NCBI GenBank assembly: GCA_964608425.1
Contig: CAZSNN010000001.1
Location: 1,073-65,072, forward strand
Source of the DNA: an uncultured Gammaproteobacteria bacterium
GTDB taxonomy: Bacteria > Patescibacteriota > Patescibacteriia > Patescibacteriales > UBA12465
DNA: 64,000 bases
Direction of reading: 5' to 3'
Under the pieces are notes generated by a model, which did not search any database, was not told where the DNA came from, and was given only the letters and a program-made list of their open reading frames with translations. Every line of letters begins with the position of its first letter. Position 1 is the first letter of the stretch. Positions 45,997 through 56,329 of the stretch are shown in pieces. Position numbers and translations under genes: made by a program.

Positions 45997-47211
45997 TTAT
46001 AAATTATTTATAATATCGAGAGTTTCTTGAGCGCATTTTTTCCAACTAAAATTTTGACAACGAAGCAATCCTTTTTCTACTAAATCTTTCTTTAAGTCTT
46101 TGTCTTTTTGGATCAACTCTATTTTTTGGGCTAAGTCAGCTGGGTTGTGGCAATCAAAAAATAGAGCCGCATCTTGAGCTACCTCCTGCAAAACATCAAT
46201 ATTAGATAATAAAACTGGAGCCCCACAAGCCATAGCCTGAATGACTGGAATACCAAAACCCTCATACAAAGATGGGAATATAAAAATCTCAGCCTTATTA
46301 AAAATGTAAGGCAAATCTTCCTCCTCTACCCAACCCAAAACAATAACTTCCTTTTCGATACCCAGCTCTTCAATCATATATTTCATCTCATCATAACCAT
46401 AACCAGCGCTACCAATTAAAACTAATTTTTCTGAACCATTATTATTTTCCTTATAAATACTAAAAGCCTCTATTAGATTATAAATGTTTTTCTTCCTTTC
46501 TAGACGACCAACATATAAAAAGAATTTATAATCAATTCCATATTTTTTAAAAACAAGCTCTGTAGATTCCTGATCATCAATAATTTTATATAAGCTATCA
46601 ATATAACCATTATGAACAACTGCAATCTTTTCCGAATCAATTTTTCTATAATTATCTAGAATTTCTTTTTTTGTAAAATTGGAAACAGCAATTATTTTTT
46701 TAGCTCTCTTAAGAGCAAATTTAGTTGACCAATTTAAATAATCAGTTGATTTGAATTGGTATTTACCAAAGGTAAAAAATTTTACTAAAAAATTTAACCA
46801 AAAATCAGAGTTTTTAGAGTTATCTACTGACATTTCTTGATTGTATAAACAATTATTCTTCACAAAAGCAATATCATGAATGGTATTAATAGTTTTTTTT
46901 GGGAAAAAAAATGGTAAAACATGAGCTGGGATAAATAAAACATCTGGTCGACTAAAAATCATTTCCAAGCTCATTCTTCCCAAGGTCCACAAATATTTAA
47001 AAGGCCAATTTAATACTTTAATTTTGACATGACTATTTTTTTCCAAATTTAAACTACTTAAAAAAGCCTCATTTAAAGGCTTATCAGAATATAGAATATA
47101 TTTATTTTGTCTATCTAATTCAATTAAATTAATAATCAAATAATATGAATACCATTCGGTTCCAGTTTTAAAATCCTTATTAGCACGTGAAGCGTCTATT
47201 CCAATAATCAT
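45997..47211 (-). CDS. Glycosyltransferase family 1
   Basis: EGFGIPVIQAMACGAPVLLSNIDVLQEV GT-B motif; 404 aa. Confidence 0.75.
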   Translation of the reverse strand: MIIGIDASRANKDFKTGTEWYSYYLIINLIELDRQNKYILYSDKPLNEAFLSSLNLEKNSHVKIKVLNWPFKYLWTLGRMSLEMIFSRPDVLFIPAHVLPFFFPKKTINTIHDIAFVKNNCLYNQEMSVDNSKNSDFWLNFLVKFFTFGKYQFKSTDYLNWSTKFALKRAKKIIAVSNFTKKEILDNYRKIDSEKIAVVHNGYIDSLYKIIDDQESTELVFKKYGIDYKFFLYVGRLERKKNIYNLIEAFSIYKENNNGSEKLVLIGSAGYGYDEMKYMIEELGIEKEVIVLGWVEEEDLPYIFNKAEIFIFPSLYEGFGIPVIQAMACGAPVLLSNIDVLQEVAQDAALFFDCHNPADLAQKIELIQKDKDLKKDLVEKGLLRCQNFSWKKCAQETLDIINNL

Positions 47212-47214
47212 AAA

Positions 47215-48228
47215 TTATTTGGTTGCTAAAATACTTCTCTTGTAAGAATCCAAATTATCCAAAGCTATTCCAGTTCCTTTAGCCACACACAACAAAGGAT
47301 CATCGGCTACATAGGCTGAAACTCCAATAGCTTGAGAAAATAATTGATCAATATTTCTAAGCAAAGCAGTCCCTCCAGTCAAAACAATTCCCTTATCAAT
47401 AATATCAGCTACTAACTCGGGAGGAGTTTGTTGAAGTATTTTTTTGGCAGTATTTAAAATAATTTCTAATTCGCTAGAGATAGCTGAAGTAACATCATTA
47501 CTATTTACCTCAATAGTTTTTGGTAGACCGGAAACAGCATCACGACCATTTATTTCCATGGTCAAAATATTGTCATCTTCTAAAAACATAGCTGAACCAA
47601 CTTTAATTTTCATCTCTTCAGCGGTTCGCTCTCCAATAACTAAACCATATTTTTTTCTAATATATTCTAAAATAGCTAAATCTAATTTATTTCCTCCTAC
47701 GCGAACAGAAGTAGAAGAAACCACTCCGCCCAATGATATAACAGCCATTTCCGAAGTTCCTCCACCAATATCAACCACCATATGTCCAGTGGCCGAACTA
47801 ATTGGAATATTAGCCCCAATAGCGGCTGCTACCGGCTCCTTAATAATATAAGCAGCTTTAGCTCCAGCAGCAATAGTGGCCTCAATAACAGCTCTTCTTT
47901 CAGTAGAAGATATTCCGGCTGGAACAGCTACCATAACCTCGGGTCTAAATATTCTAATTTTTCCTAAAGTTTTATTAATAAAATAACGAATCATCGCCTC
48001 AGTAGTGCGATAATCAGCAATAACCCCTTCCTTTAAGGGTTTTAAAGCGATAATGGTGTCAGGAGTTCTTCCCAACATATCTTTAGCCTCATTGCCAACC
48101 GCTAAAACTTTATTATCATCAATAGAAACAGCTACCACACTAGGCTCATTTATAACAACGCCTCTTTTTGGTAAATATACCAAAGTGTAGGTGGTCCCCA
48201 AATCAATTCCAATTCTTTTAACCATCAT
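47215..48228 (-). CDS. mreB: Rod shape-determining protein MreB (paralogue 1)
   Basis: IGIDLGTTYTLVY, VVDIGGGTSEMAVISLGG and LTGGTALLRNID actin-fold motifs. Confidence 0.85.
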   Translation of the reverse strand: MMVKRIGIDLGTTYTLVYLPKRGVVINEPSVVAVSIDDNKVLAVGNEAKDMLGRTPDTIIALKPLKEGVIADYRTTEAMIRYFINKTLGKIRIFRPEVMVAVPAGISSTERRAVIEATIAAGAKAAYIIKEPVAAAIGANIPISSATGHMVVDIGGGTSEMAVISLGGVVSSTSVRVGGNKLDLAILEYIRKKYGLVIGERTAEEMKIKVGSAMFLEDDNILTMEINGRDAVSGLPKTIEVNSNDVTSAISSELEIILNTAKKILQQTPPELVADIIDKGIVLTGGTALLRNIDQLFSQAIGVSAYVADDPLLCVAKGTGIALDNLDSYKRSILATK

Positions 48229-48303
48229 AGATTTAAAATTAGATTAAACAATATAAATATATTAGCCCTTTATTAGATTTTAGTCAATAAAAACAATAAA
48301 ATA

Positions 48304-49560
48304 TTACTCTTTTCTTAGGGCCTCTACTGGGTCAAGTCGACCAGCTTTTCTGGCCGGGAAAAGTCCGAAAATTACTCCAAAAAATAAGGCAAATAATATC
48401 GCCACTATAAAAGCTTTTAAGGGAACCGAAAAATTCCACTCTAAACCAAAATAATTAGCCCCTAAACAAATTAAAAACGAAGCTAAAATTCCTAAGATTA
48501 TTCCAATAATAGCCCCAATTAAAGTTATTAAAACAGATTCAATTAAAAATTGTTTCATGATATCAGAAAATTTTGCTCCAACAGCTTTGCGCAAACCAAT
48601 CTCCGGTGTTCTTTCGGAAACAACCACATACATAACATTTAATATCCCAACTCCACCAACAATTAAGGAAACGATAACAATTAATAACAATAAAATAGTT
48701 AAACTATTGGTGATATCCTTTGACATCTTCAACATCTCTTTCATGGTAGTGACCCTAAAGTCATCTCTATCAGGATCAGAGATATCATGATTTTCTCGTA
48801 AAATTTCTCTCATTGTTTCAGCGGTATCTTCAGCAATCTCTGGATCAACTACAGAATGAACAGTATACATAAAATAATCAATTCCCATAATCTTTTTCTG
48901 AAGAGTCTTAACTGGCAACAAAATCATAGAATCAAAATCAAAACCAACCGTAGAACCTCTCTCTTTCAAAACCCCAATGACTTCAAAACGACTTCGTTTT
49001 ATAGTAATAATTTTTCCAATCGGATCATCATCTCCAAAAATATCTTGAGCTATTTTATGACTCAAAACAGCTACCTGTGATAGCGACCTATTATCTGAGT
49101 CAGAAAAAAAATATCCGCTAGCTAACTCTGATTTATCAATATTTATATAATCCGGACCAACCCCAAATAAGAAAGCTTTTTTTGTTTCATTTAAATAACT
49201 AACTGTCTCTTGATTTAAAATAGCTCCATACCCACCACTAATATTAGGGATTCTTTTTATATCCTCTAGATCCTTCTCATTTAGAGTTGTTATTTGTATT
49301 CCGCTAGCCATGGCTCCCGCACTTTCGCTATCGGATTGATTTCCTTTCTTAGCGTTAGGAACTTTTATTTCTGTTTGAACAATATTGGTTCCAAAAGCTT
49401 CAATTTGTCCAACTATCAAGCCACTAATTCCCTCTCCGGCTGAAAAAACTATAACAATGCTAGCAATTCCAATAACCATACCTAAAACAGTTAATGTGGT
49501 CCTCATCTTATTCTTCAACATTGATATTAATGATAACTTAACAACTTCCTTTATTCTCAT
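48304..49560 (-). CDS. ABC transporter permease, MacB/FtsX-like
   Basis: N-terminal TM, large periplasmic domain, C-terminal FtsX 3-TM bundle; 418 aa; tandem paralogue of the next gene. Confidence 0.75.
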   Translation of the reverse strand: MRIKEVVKLSLISMLKNKMRTTLTVLGMVIGIASIVIVFSAGEGISGLIVGQIEAFGTNIVQTEIKVPNAKKGNQSDSESAGAMASGIQITTLNEKDLEDIKRIPNISGGYGAILNQETVSYLNETKKAFLFGVGPDYINIDKSELASGYFFSDSDNRSLSQVAVLSHKIAQDIFGDDDPIGKIITIKRSRFEVIGVLKERGSTVGFDFDSMILLPVKTLQKKIMGIDYFMYTVHSVVDPEIAEDTAETMREILRENHDISDPDRDDFRVTTMKEMLKMSKDITNSLTILLLLIVIVSLIVGGVGILNVMYVVVSERTPEIGLRKAVGAKFSDIMKQFLIESVLITLIGAIIGIILGILASFLICLGANYFGLEWNFSVPLKAFIVAILFALFFGVIFGLFPARKAGRLDPVEALRKE

Positions 49561-49571
49561 ATTTAAAATAA

Positions 49572-50828
49572 TTATTCGTAACTTAAGGCTTCCACTGGTT
49601 CTAATTTGCTAGCTTTTTTAGCTGGATAAATACCAAATATAAGACCAATCAAAGCTGAAATAGTCACAGCCAAAATAATAGAAAATATTCCTACTTCAAA
49701 AGACCAGTCATAATTAAGTGCTTTCATAATAATCGAAATTATCCAAGAAAAAAATATTCCAGATATCACTCCAATAATTCCACCAATTAATGTTAAAAAA
49801 ATTGATTCTAATAAAAATTGATTAGTAATATTTTTATTAGTAGCGCCAAGAGCCTTTCTGAGACCAATTTCTCTAGTTCTTTCATTAACACTAATTAACA
49901 TAATATTCATAATACCAATTCCCCCAACAACTAAGGAAAGACTAGCCATTAGAGCAAGGAAATATTTCAAAGCATTGGTAATATTTTTTACCAAGTCTAA
50001 TAGTTCCGTCAAACTTCTGACTGAGAAGTCATCACTATCACCGCTCTGATCTTTAATACCATGATTATCTCTAACTATATTCTCAATATTAAAAATAACA
50101 TCATCAATATTGGCTGATTCACTAACCCTAATACTTATATCATTTAAATAATTTATTCCAGCGATATTTTTTTGCATGGTTTTTAGAGGCAATAAAACTT
50201 TATTATCATAATCCCTAAAAGCAACCTGCCCTCTTTCTTCTAAAACACCAATAACATCAAAAATTTGTTTTTTAATTTTTATTTTTTGTCCGATTGGATC
50301 AGAGTCTCCAAACAATTCCTGCTTAACAGCATAACCAAGGACAGCCACTCTAGATAAACTATCATTTTCCTCTTCACTAAAAAAACGACCCGAAGATAAT
50401 TCTCCACCCTCAACTTCTAAATATGTCTGAGTAACTCCTTCTAGGTTTGTGTCATAAAAATTATTTTTAAATGAAACTGTACCAACTCCGTTTACGTAAG
50501 CAGTAATTGCTTCTATGTTTAAGTTGTCCTTATTTTTTTCAATACTTTTAAGATCATCTAGGCTCAAAGAAGTAACCACAATACCCAAAACAGAAGTAGG
50601 TGGTCCCTGATCATCAGATTTTCCCGGAGTAATAGAAATTAAATTAGTTCCTAATCCTTCAATTTGACCCAATATCAAACTTTGAGCTCCGGCCCCAACA
50701 GACATTATCACGATAACCGAAGCTACTCCGATTATAATTCCTAACATAGTTAAAAAGCTCCTAGCTTTATTGGCTTTAAGAGCTTTAATTGAGGTTCTAA
50801 AAGCTTGTTTTAATGATAAAAAATTCAT
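49572..50828 (-). CDS. ABC transporter permease, MacB/FtsX-like
   Basis: Same architecture as the preceding gene; ...ERTREIGLRKALGA... FtsX signature; 418 aa. Confidence 0.75.
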   Translation of the reverse strand: MNFLSLKQAFRTSIKALKANKARSFLTMLGIIIGVASVIVIMSVGAGAQSLILGQIEGLGTNLISITPGKSDDQGPPTSVLGIVVTSLSLDDLKSIEKNKDNLNIEAITAYVNGVGTVSFKNNFYDTNLEGVTQTYLEVEGGELSSGRFFSEEENDSLSRVAVLGYAVKQELFGDSDPIGQKIKIKKQIFDVIGVLEERGQVAFRDYDNKVLLPLKTMQKNIAGINYLNDISIRVSESANIDDVIFNIENIVRDNHGIKDQSGDSDDFSVRSLTELLDLVKNITNALKYFLALMASLSLVVGGIGIMNIMLISVNERTREIGLRKALGATNKNITNQFLLESIFLTLIGGIIGVISGIFFSWIISIIMKALNYDWSFEVGIFSIILAVTISALIGLIFGIYPAKKASKLEPVEALSYE

Positions 50829-50829
50829 G

Positions 50830-51543
50830 TTATTTTAAGATCATACCATCTTGAGCAATTTTTCTATTTTTTACTTCCTCGTCACTAACAATTAGGCCAT
50901 CCTTAATTTTAATGATTCTTTTGGCGTGTTCAGCTGTGTAGGTTTCATGGGTAACTAAAATAATGGTATTTCCTTCTTCATTTAATTTTTGTAAAATTTG
51001 CATAATCTGAACACCGGATTTAGAATCTAAATTTCCAGTTGGCTCATCAGCAAAAATAACCGAGGGTTCATTAACTAAAGCACGAGCAATAGCAACCCTT
51101 TGTTTTTCTCCTCCAGAAATTTGATTAGTATAATAATTAAAACGATGAGATAGGCCAACTTCAGTCAAAACTTTTTTAGCTCTATCTACCATATTTTTTC
51201 TATTACTAGAATAAGCCAGAGGTAAAATCACGTTATCAAGAACCGAGGTTTTTGATAAAAGATTAAAAGACTGAAAAACAAAACCTATCTTTTCATTTCT
51301 AAAAGAAGCCAATTGATCATCATCCATTTTACTAACATCCTCTCCGGCAAATTCATAAACACCGCTACTAAGACGATCTAATAGCCCTAAGATATGCATC
51401 AGAGTTGATTTTCCAGAACCAGATGGCCCCATTATAGAAACAAATTCACCATCCTTAATATCAAAAGAAACTCCCTGTAAAACCTTAGTGACAACATCAC
51501 TGGAAGAATATTCCTTTTTTAAATCTTTAATTCTAATTAACAT
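50830..51543 (-). CDS. ABC transporter ATP-binding protein (MacB/LolD family)
   Basis: Walker [10 protein letters not shown], signature [15 protein letters not shown], Walker [13 protein letters not shown]. Confidence 0.85.
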   Translation of the reverse strand: MLIRIKDLKKEYSSSDVVTKVLQGVSFDIKDGEFVSIMGPSGSGKSTLMHILGLLDRLSSGVYEFAGEDVSKMDDDQLASFRNEKIGFVFQSFNLLSKTSVLDNVILPLAYSSNRKNMVDRAKKVLTEVGLSHRFNYYTNQISGGEKQRVAIARALVNEPSVIFADEPTGNLDSKSGVQIMQILQKLNEEGNTIILVTHETYTAEHAKRIIKIKDGLIVSDEEVKNRKIAQDGMILK

Positions 51544-51555
51544 AGTCTTAAAATA

Positions 51556-53469
51556 TTATTTGCCATTTTTAATGGCAGTAATTATGACATCACCCTCTTT
51601 TAAATCTTCGGAAATAATTTCTATCATAGCCTGATCACCAGAAATCCCTACCTTAACTGGAATTTCTTTAACGTCCTTACCGTTCAATACCCTAACATAT
51701 CTATCTCCACCATTTCTCAACAATACTGTTCTTGATGGTAAAACTAAAACATCTTTTTTAAAATTAGTAATAATATCAACATTGGCAGTCATGCCAGACT
51801 TAATAATAAAACCATTTTTATCTAATTCATCTTCAGGAAAATTTATTTTAATTTTATAGTAAATAACATCCGATATAGAGGTAGCGGCTGGTTCTACAAA
51901 ATAAACATGACCCGAAACTTTATACTCATCGCCGAAAGCATCAAAATTAACCAAAGCTTCATTGTCAATTTTTATTTTAGAAATATCAGATTCAGAAATA
52001 TATACCTCAATTTCAAAATTATTTTCTGTTAATAAATTAATTACTGGACTGGCCCCGCTGATTTGCTCGCCAATCTCATAATTAATTTTGGTAATTTTTC
52101 CGTTGATTGGAGCTTTAATTTTGTTTTCCTCAATTTGTTTTTCCACTAAACTTAAACTAGCTAAAGCTTGATCAACTTGAGCTTGGGCTAATTTTAAATC
52201 ATCGGACTTAGCCGGAGTTTTTAATTTAATTAATTGTAATTTAGCAACTTCATAAGATTTTTTAGTAGAGTCTACCCTAGCCTCAGCCGAAATTATTTGC
52301 TGATCACTGTTTATCCTAACTAAACTTAAATTATTTTCAGCACTAGAGATAGCATCACTTAAGGCCGCTTTAGCTCTATTTAAATTATCTTCGGCACTAG
52401 ATACACTAGTAGAATAATTTAGAGTTGAATTAGAAAAACTAAAATAAGAAGTTTGTACCGATAAAATTGAAGAGTTAATATATCCCTTATTAGTGTTAAT
52501 ACTGGTTTTAAAAGCATCTAAAGAGGTTTGGGTAAAAGTTGAAGAAGTAATAGTGTTTTCTAAAGCACTAAAACAATTGTTTAAAGTATTAAAAGTTCTT
52601 TCTAAAAAAGAAATCAACTCATCGGAGGCCTTTTTAATGTTTTCCTGACTAGGATTTTCTTTAGCGATTCTAATATAAGACTCTATTTGGGGCAAAGCCT
52701 CTATAGATTCATCATAAGATCTTTCAGCTGACACTTTATAATAATAATTTCTAACACTAAAAACGTTTTCAATATCATTGTCTTCTAAAATTCTCTTAGT
52801 AGCATCTAAAGCTGAGCGAGAAACCGAAAAATTATAATCCAAGGCTGATAATAACGAATTTCTACTATTATCCATAGTTTGCCGGCTAGTTCTTTCGGTA
52901 TTAGAAAGATTTATTTCGGCTGACTCTACCGCCTGTTTGATAGCCATAGGAGCCTGAGAATTAGGAGATTTTAGATCATTTAAATTTTTCTCAGCCTGAT
53001 AGATGCTTTCGGAAACTAATTTTTTAGTTTGAATTAGATCATCTTGAGCCGATTTATAAGCTCCCTCAGCCTGTCTACCCTGGGCCTCTAAAACGGCAAT
53101 ATCCTCATAAGAAGCTCCTTTAATTAATTTATCCTGATTGGTTTTAGAAATATTAACAGCTGCCAAGGCTTCTTCCTTCCTTATTAATAAAGAAGAATAA
53201 TCAAGTTCAGCCAAAACATCTCCTTCAACAACCTGATCTCCAACTTTAAAATAAACCTCTTTTAGTTTGCCAACTTGAGAAAAATTTAAACCCACTTCTT
53301 GACTGGCCTTAACTGTCCCAATTTCACTAACAGTTTGCTTTAAATCTTGTTTTTTTAATTCGGTAGTCGAATATTCAACCTTATCTTTTTTAAAAACAAA
53401 AGATAAAACGATAATCAACGCTATTAAAATAACTAAACCAATAATAATTAATTTTTTTCTTCTTTTCAT
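51556..53469 (-). CDS. Periplasmic adaptor (HlyD/MacA-like membrane-fusion protein), unusually long
   Basis: N-terminal TM, biotinyl-lipoyl-like beta region (VKASQEVGL..GDVLAEL), very long coiled-coil segment, C-terminal beta-barrel; 637 aa. Confidence 0.6.
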   Translation of the reverse strand: MKRRKKLIIIGLVILIALIIVLSFVFKKDKVEYSTTELKKQDLKQTVSEIGTVKASQEVGLNFSQVGKLKEVYFKVGDQVVEGDVLAELDYSSLLIRKEEALAAVNISKTNQDKLIKGASYEDIAVLEAQGRQAEGAYKSAQDDLIQTKKLVSESIYQAEKNLNDLKSPNSQAPMAIKQAVESAEINLSNTERTSRQTMDNSRNSLLSALDYNFSVSRSALDATKRILEDNDIENVFSVRNYYYKVSAERSYDESIEALPQIESYIRIAKENPSQENIKKASDELISFLERTFNTLNNCFSALENTITSSTFTQTSLDAFKTSINTNKGYINSSILSVQTSYFSFSNSTLNYSTSVSSAEDNLNRAKAALSDAISSAENNLSLVRINSDQQIISAEARVDSTKKSYEVAKLQLIKLKTPAKSDDLKLAQAQVDQALASLSLVEKQIEENKIKAPINGKITKINYEIGEQISGASPVINLLTENNFEIEVYISESDISKIKIDNEALVNFDAFGDEYKVSGHVYFVEPAATSISDVIYYKIKINFPEDELDKNGFIIKSGMTANVDIITNFKKDVLVLPSRTVLLRNGGDRYVRVLNGKDVKEIPVKVGISGDQAMIEIISEDLKEGDVIITAIKNGK

Positions 53470-53483
53470 ATTTTTATTTAATA

Positions 53484-53921
53484 TTAATCCATAACAATAT
53501 CATCGGGGCTTTCAGCGTCATCATTTTCTTCAAATTCCTTACCACCTCTCTCCATAATACGCATCACCTTATTAGAAAAAGTGTAGATATCAAATTCGTT
53601 TTTCATAAAATAGTAATTAGCTCCCAAACCAACACTTCGACTTCGACCATCCTCTTCACTTAAGTCGGTGAAAATAAAAATTTCAGCATCAGAGATAGCT
53701 TCGTCCTCTTTAATTCTTTTAACGATCTCTAATCCATCTACTTTTGGCAAAATTAAATCCAAAACAATAATTTTAGGTTGAAATTTTTTTATTCTAGCCA
53801 AAAGATCTTCCAGCTCTTCATTAGAATCACTGGTTTCCACCTCGTAATCATTAGAAGAAAAAATATCCCTTAAACCATAAAGAATATTAATATCATCTTC
53901 TATTATAAAAACATTTTTCAT
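53484..53921 (-). CDS. Single-domain response regulator (CheY-like receiver) with acidic tail
   Basis: IIEDD...IVLDLILPKVDG phospho-acceptor region; 145 aa; no output domain. Confidence 0.7.
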   Translation of the reverse strand: MKNVFIIEDDINILYGLRDIFSSNDYEVETSDSNEELEDLLARIKKFQPKIIVLDLILPKVDGLEIVKRIKEDEAISDAEIFIFTDLSEEDGRSRSVGLGANYYFMKNEFDIYTFSNKVMRIMERGGKEFEENDDAESPDDIVMD

Positions 53922-53952
53922 AATTTTAAAAATTAATTATAAACTAAATATA

Positions 53953-54933
53953 TTATTTTATTAAATCTTTAAATTTTAATAAACCATTTTGTGCTCCAGC
54001 TAGCGACACAACCGAAGAAACATTTTTTACGCCCAAATACATAGCCTTCTTATAATCTCCATCAAATTTTATTAAGCACCCAACCACGGTGGAGCCAAAA
54101 GCATCGCCTACTCCCGTAGAATCAATCCTATTCTGATTTTTGATTATTCTTTGATGATAAAAATTGGTCCCATCAAAAAAATAAGCCCCCTTAACTCCAT
54201 CAGTTAAAATCACTTTTTGCGGACCCGAGTCTTTTAATACTTTTATCAGATTTTTTATATCATTCAAAAACTCATTTTTTAGGCCAGAAAACTTCTTTGT
54301 TTTTTTTACCAATTCCAAGGCTTCATCTTTATTTAAAATTAAAATCTCAGTGTTTTTTAAAAATTTTTTAATTGGATAAATTCCTCTTGACAATTGAGAC
54401 ACGCCTGGATTCCAGGCAATATTTTTTTTATTTAAAAATATTTTTTCTAAATTACCTTGGGAATCAGTTGGCAAAGAAGTTAAATAAACCCATTCAGTAA
54501 GTTTAATATTTTTTTCTTGTTTTTTAGAAACAGAGAAATTATCATTAGCCCCACGGTAAGTAAATATAATTCTATCTTTCTTGTTATTTATAATAAAAGA
54601 GAAACCAGAATCGTTCTTCTTATCGACTTCTATAAAACTATGTTCAATATTATTATTTTCCAAGTTTTCTAATATTCTAAAACCACGTTCATCCTGTCCA
54701 ATTTTTGAAAAACAAGCCACCTTAAAACCAAGTCCCGATAAATTAATGGCCGAATTAGAAGCCCCTCCGCCAAAATAATGGCCAAATTCTTTAATATTAA
54801 TTTTGGCTCCATATTCAAAAGCTAATAGTTTTTCCCTTAAAATGTCAGCCTTATTATCTATTAAAACCCCTTCTTCTGTAAAGAAGACTATATCCTCGGT
54901 CACCCCTCCAATTGTTATAAAATCATATTTCAT
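53953..54933 (-). CDS. PfkB-family carbohydrate kinase
   Basis: N-terminal ITIGGVTEDIV and C-terminal DSTGVGDAFGSTVVG ribokinase-family motifs; 326 aa. Confidence 0.7.
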   Translation of the reverse strand: MKYDFITIGGVTEDIVFFTEEGVLIDNKADILREKLLAFEYGAKINIKEFGHYFGGGASNSAINLSGLGFKVACFSKIGQDERGFRILENLENNNIEHSFIEVDKKNDSGFSFIINNKKDRIIFTYRGANDNFSVSKKQEKNIKLTEWVYLTSLPTDSQGNLEKIFLNKKNIAWNPGVSQLSRGIYPIKKFLKNTEILILNKDEALELVKKTKKFSGLKNEFLNDIKNLIKVLKDSGPQKVILTDGVKGAYFFDGTNFYHQRIIKNQNRIDSTGVGDAFGSTVVGCLIKFDGDYKKAMYLGVKNVSSVVSLAGAQNGLLKFKDLIK

Positions 54934-54965
54934 AATAAAACGATTAATTCCCTATAATTATAACA

Positions 54966-55502
54966 TTAAAAATCTCTTTTATCAAAAGAAAGCGCCCCAT
55001 GAGATCTTTTTTGAGAATTTAAAAAATAAAAAGACAAAATTATTCCGACACTCAGCCAGGCTAGTTCTAATAATAAATTAAACCAAAAGAATTTATTAAA
55101 CCAAAATAGGCCAAAAAAGCTCTTTTCAAATAAAAATAATAGGAAATATAAAAATAAATTATAGAAGATAGAGAAAACCGCTGTTATTGATAGAAAAGAA
55201 TAAATTGATCTATTAGTAAAAAAATTATTCCAAATAAAATTAGCCAATATTAAGGTTAATAGGAGGGATATGGAGTAAATTCCAAAGGGATAGAAAGAAA
55301 AAATGTCTAGAATAAACCCCGTTATTAAAGCAAATAACAAAGATTTATCAAAATTATTAAAAATAAAAAACCAGACGACAAAAAATAAAGCAATATTTAT
55401 TTTTCCCCAAAAACCGGGCAAAGAATTTAAAAAAGATAATTGAATTAAAATAATAATTAAGGACAAAGAAAATAATTTAAAAAATTTCCAATACTTATTC
55501 AT
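54966..55502 (-). CDS. mreD: Rod shape-determining protein MreD (inferred)
   Basis: 178-aa polytopic membrane protein immediately downstream of mreB-mreC in the same orientation; assigned by operon position only. Confidence 0.5.
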   Translation of the reverse strand: MNKYWKFFKLFSLSLIIILIQLSFLNSLPGFWGKINIALFFVVWFFIFNNFDKSLLFALITGFILDIFSFYPFGIYSISLLLTLILANFIWNNFFTNRSIYSFLSITAVFSIFYNLFLYFLLFLFEKSFFGLFWFNKFFWFNLLLELAWLSVGIILSFYFLNSQKRSHGALSFDKRDF

Positions 55503-55512
55503 TATATCAAAA

Positions 55513-56322
55513 TTATTGTTTAGGTATTATAATCGAAACTATATTCAAATTATTAATATTAAATAAAGCTTCGGCATTAACGTTTTGCCAAATATCATTG
55601 ACCTCTTGTTCAATGTTATTTATTCTGGCAACGGCCAAACCACGTGGAATATCTTTCTCTAGCCCAGAAGTAATAACCATATCTCCAACACTAACTATCT
55701 CATTCTGAGACACAAAATTTAGTTTTACCGACAAACCTAAATCACCTTCGGCCAATCCAATACTAGAGCTAGAATTATTTATTGATACTGCCATTTTACA
55801 AAAATTATTGTTTATCAAACAAACTCGAGAATTAGTTTCATTAACTTCAATTACTTTTCCAACAATAACACCCGATTCATTAACGACAGCCAAACCAATT
55901 CTTAGGCCATCTTTAGCCCCTTTATTAATAACAATATTTTGATTATAACTGGAAAGGTTTAATAAATTCTCCTGCCAAAGAACCTTGGCCAAAACATATT
56001 CATAAGAATTTTCTTCAAAAAACTTTAAATATTGTCGCAATTTTTCATTTTCCTCCTCTAGTGAATATAGACGAGCTAACTCAGCCTGGCTCGATTCAAT
56101 ACTTTTCTCCAGGCTGGAAATGTTTTCTATCAGCTCTGGTTTTGATTTAGTATCCAAAGAAGAAAATGAAGAAAAATTTTTAATAAAAAAACTACCCGGA
56201 TATATTATTTTAAATAATAACCTTTGGCCAAAAGAAGAAAAACCAATTATATTTAAAAAAATAAGCAGTACCGCCACTGCTAAAAAAAATCGATATTTTT
56301 TTTTATCTTTAAAAAAATTCAT
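55513..56322 (-). CDS. mreC: Rod shape-determining protein MreC
   Basis: N-terminal TM, a coiled coil (LEKSIESSQAELARLYSLEEENEKL), then a beta-rich domain; directly downstream of mreB. Confidence 0.65.
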   Translation of the reverse strand: MNFFKDKKKYRFFLAVAVLLIFLNIIGFSSFGQRLLFKIIYPGSFFIKNFSSFSSLDTKSKPELIENISSLEKSIESSQAELARLYSLEEENEKLRQYLKFFEENSYEYVLAKVLWQENLLNLSSYNQNIVINKGAKDGLRIGLAVVNESGVIVGKVIEVNETNSRVCLINNNFCKMAVSINNSSSSIGLAEGDLGLSVKLNFVSQNEIVSVGDMVITSGLEKDIPRGLAVARINNIEQEVNDIWQNVNAEALFNINNLNIVSIIIPKQ

Positions 56323-56329
56323 AATTTTA

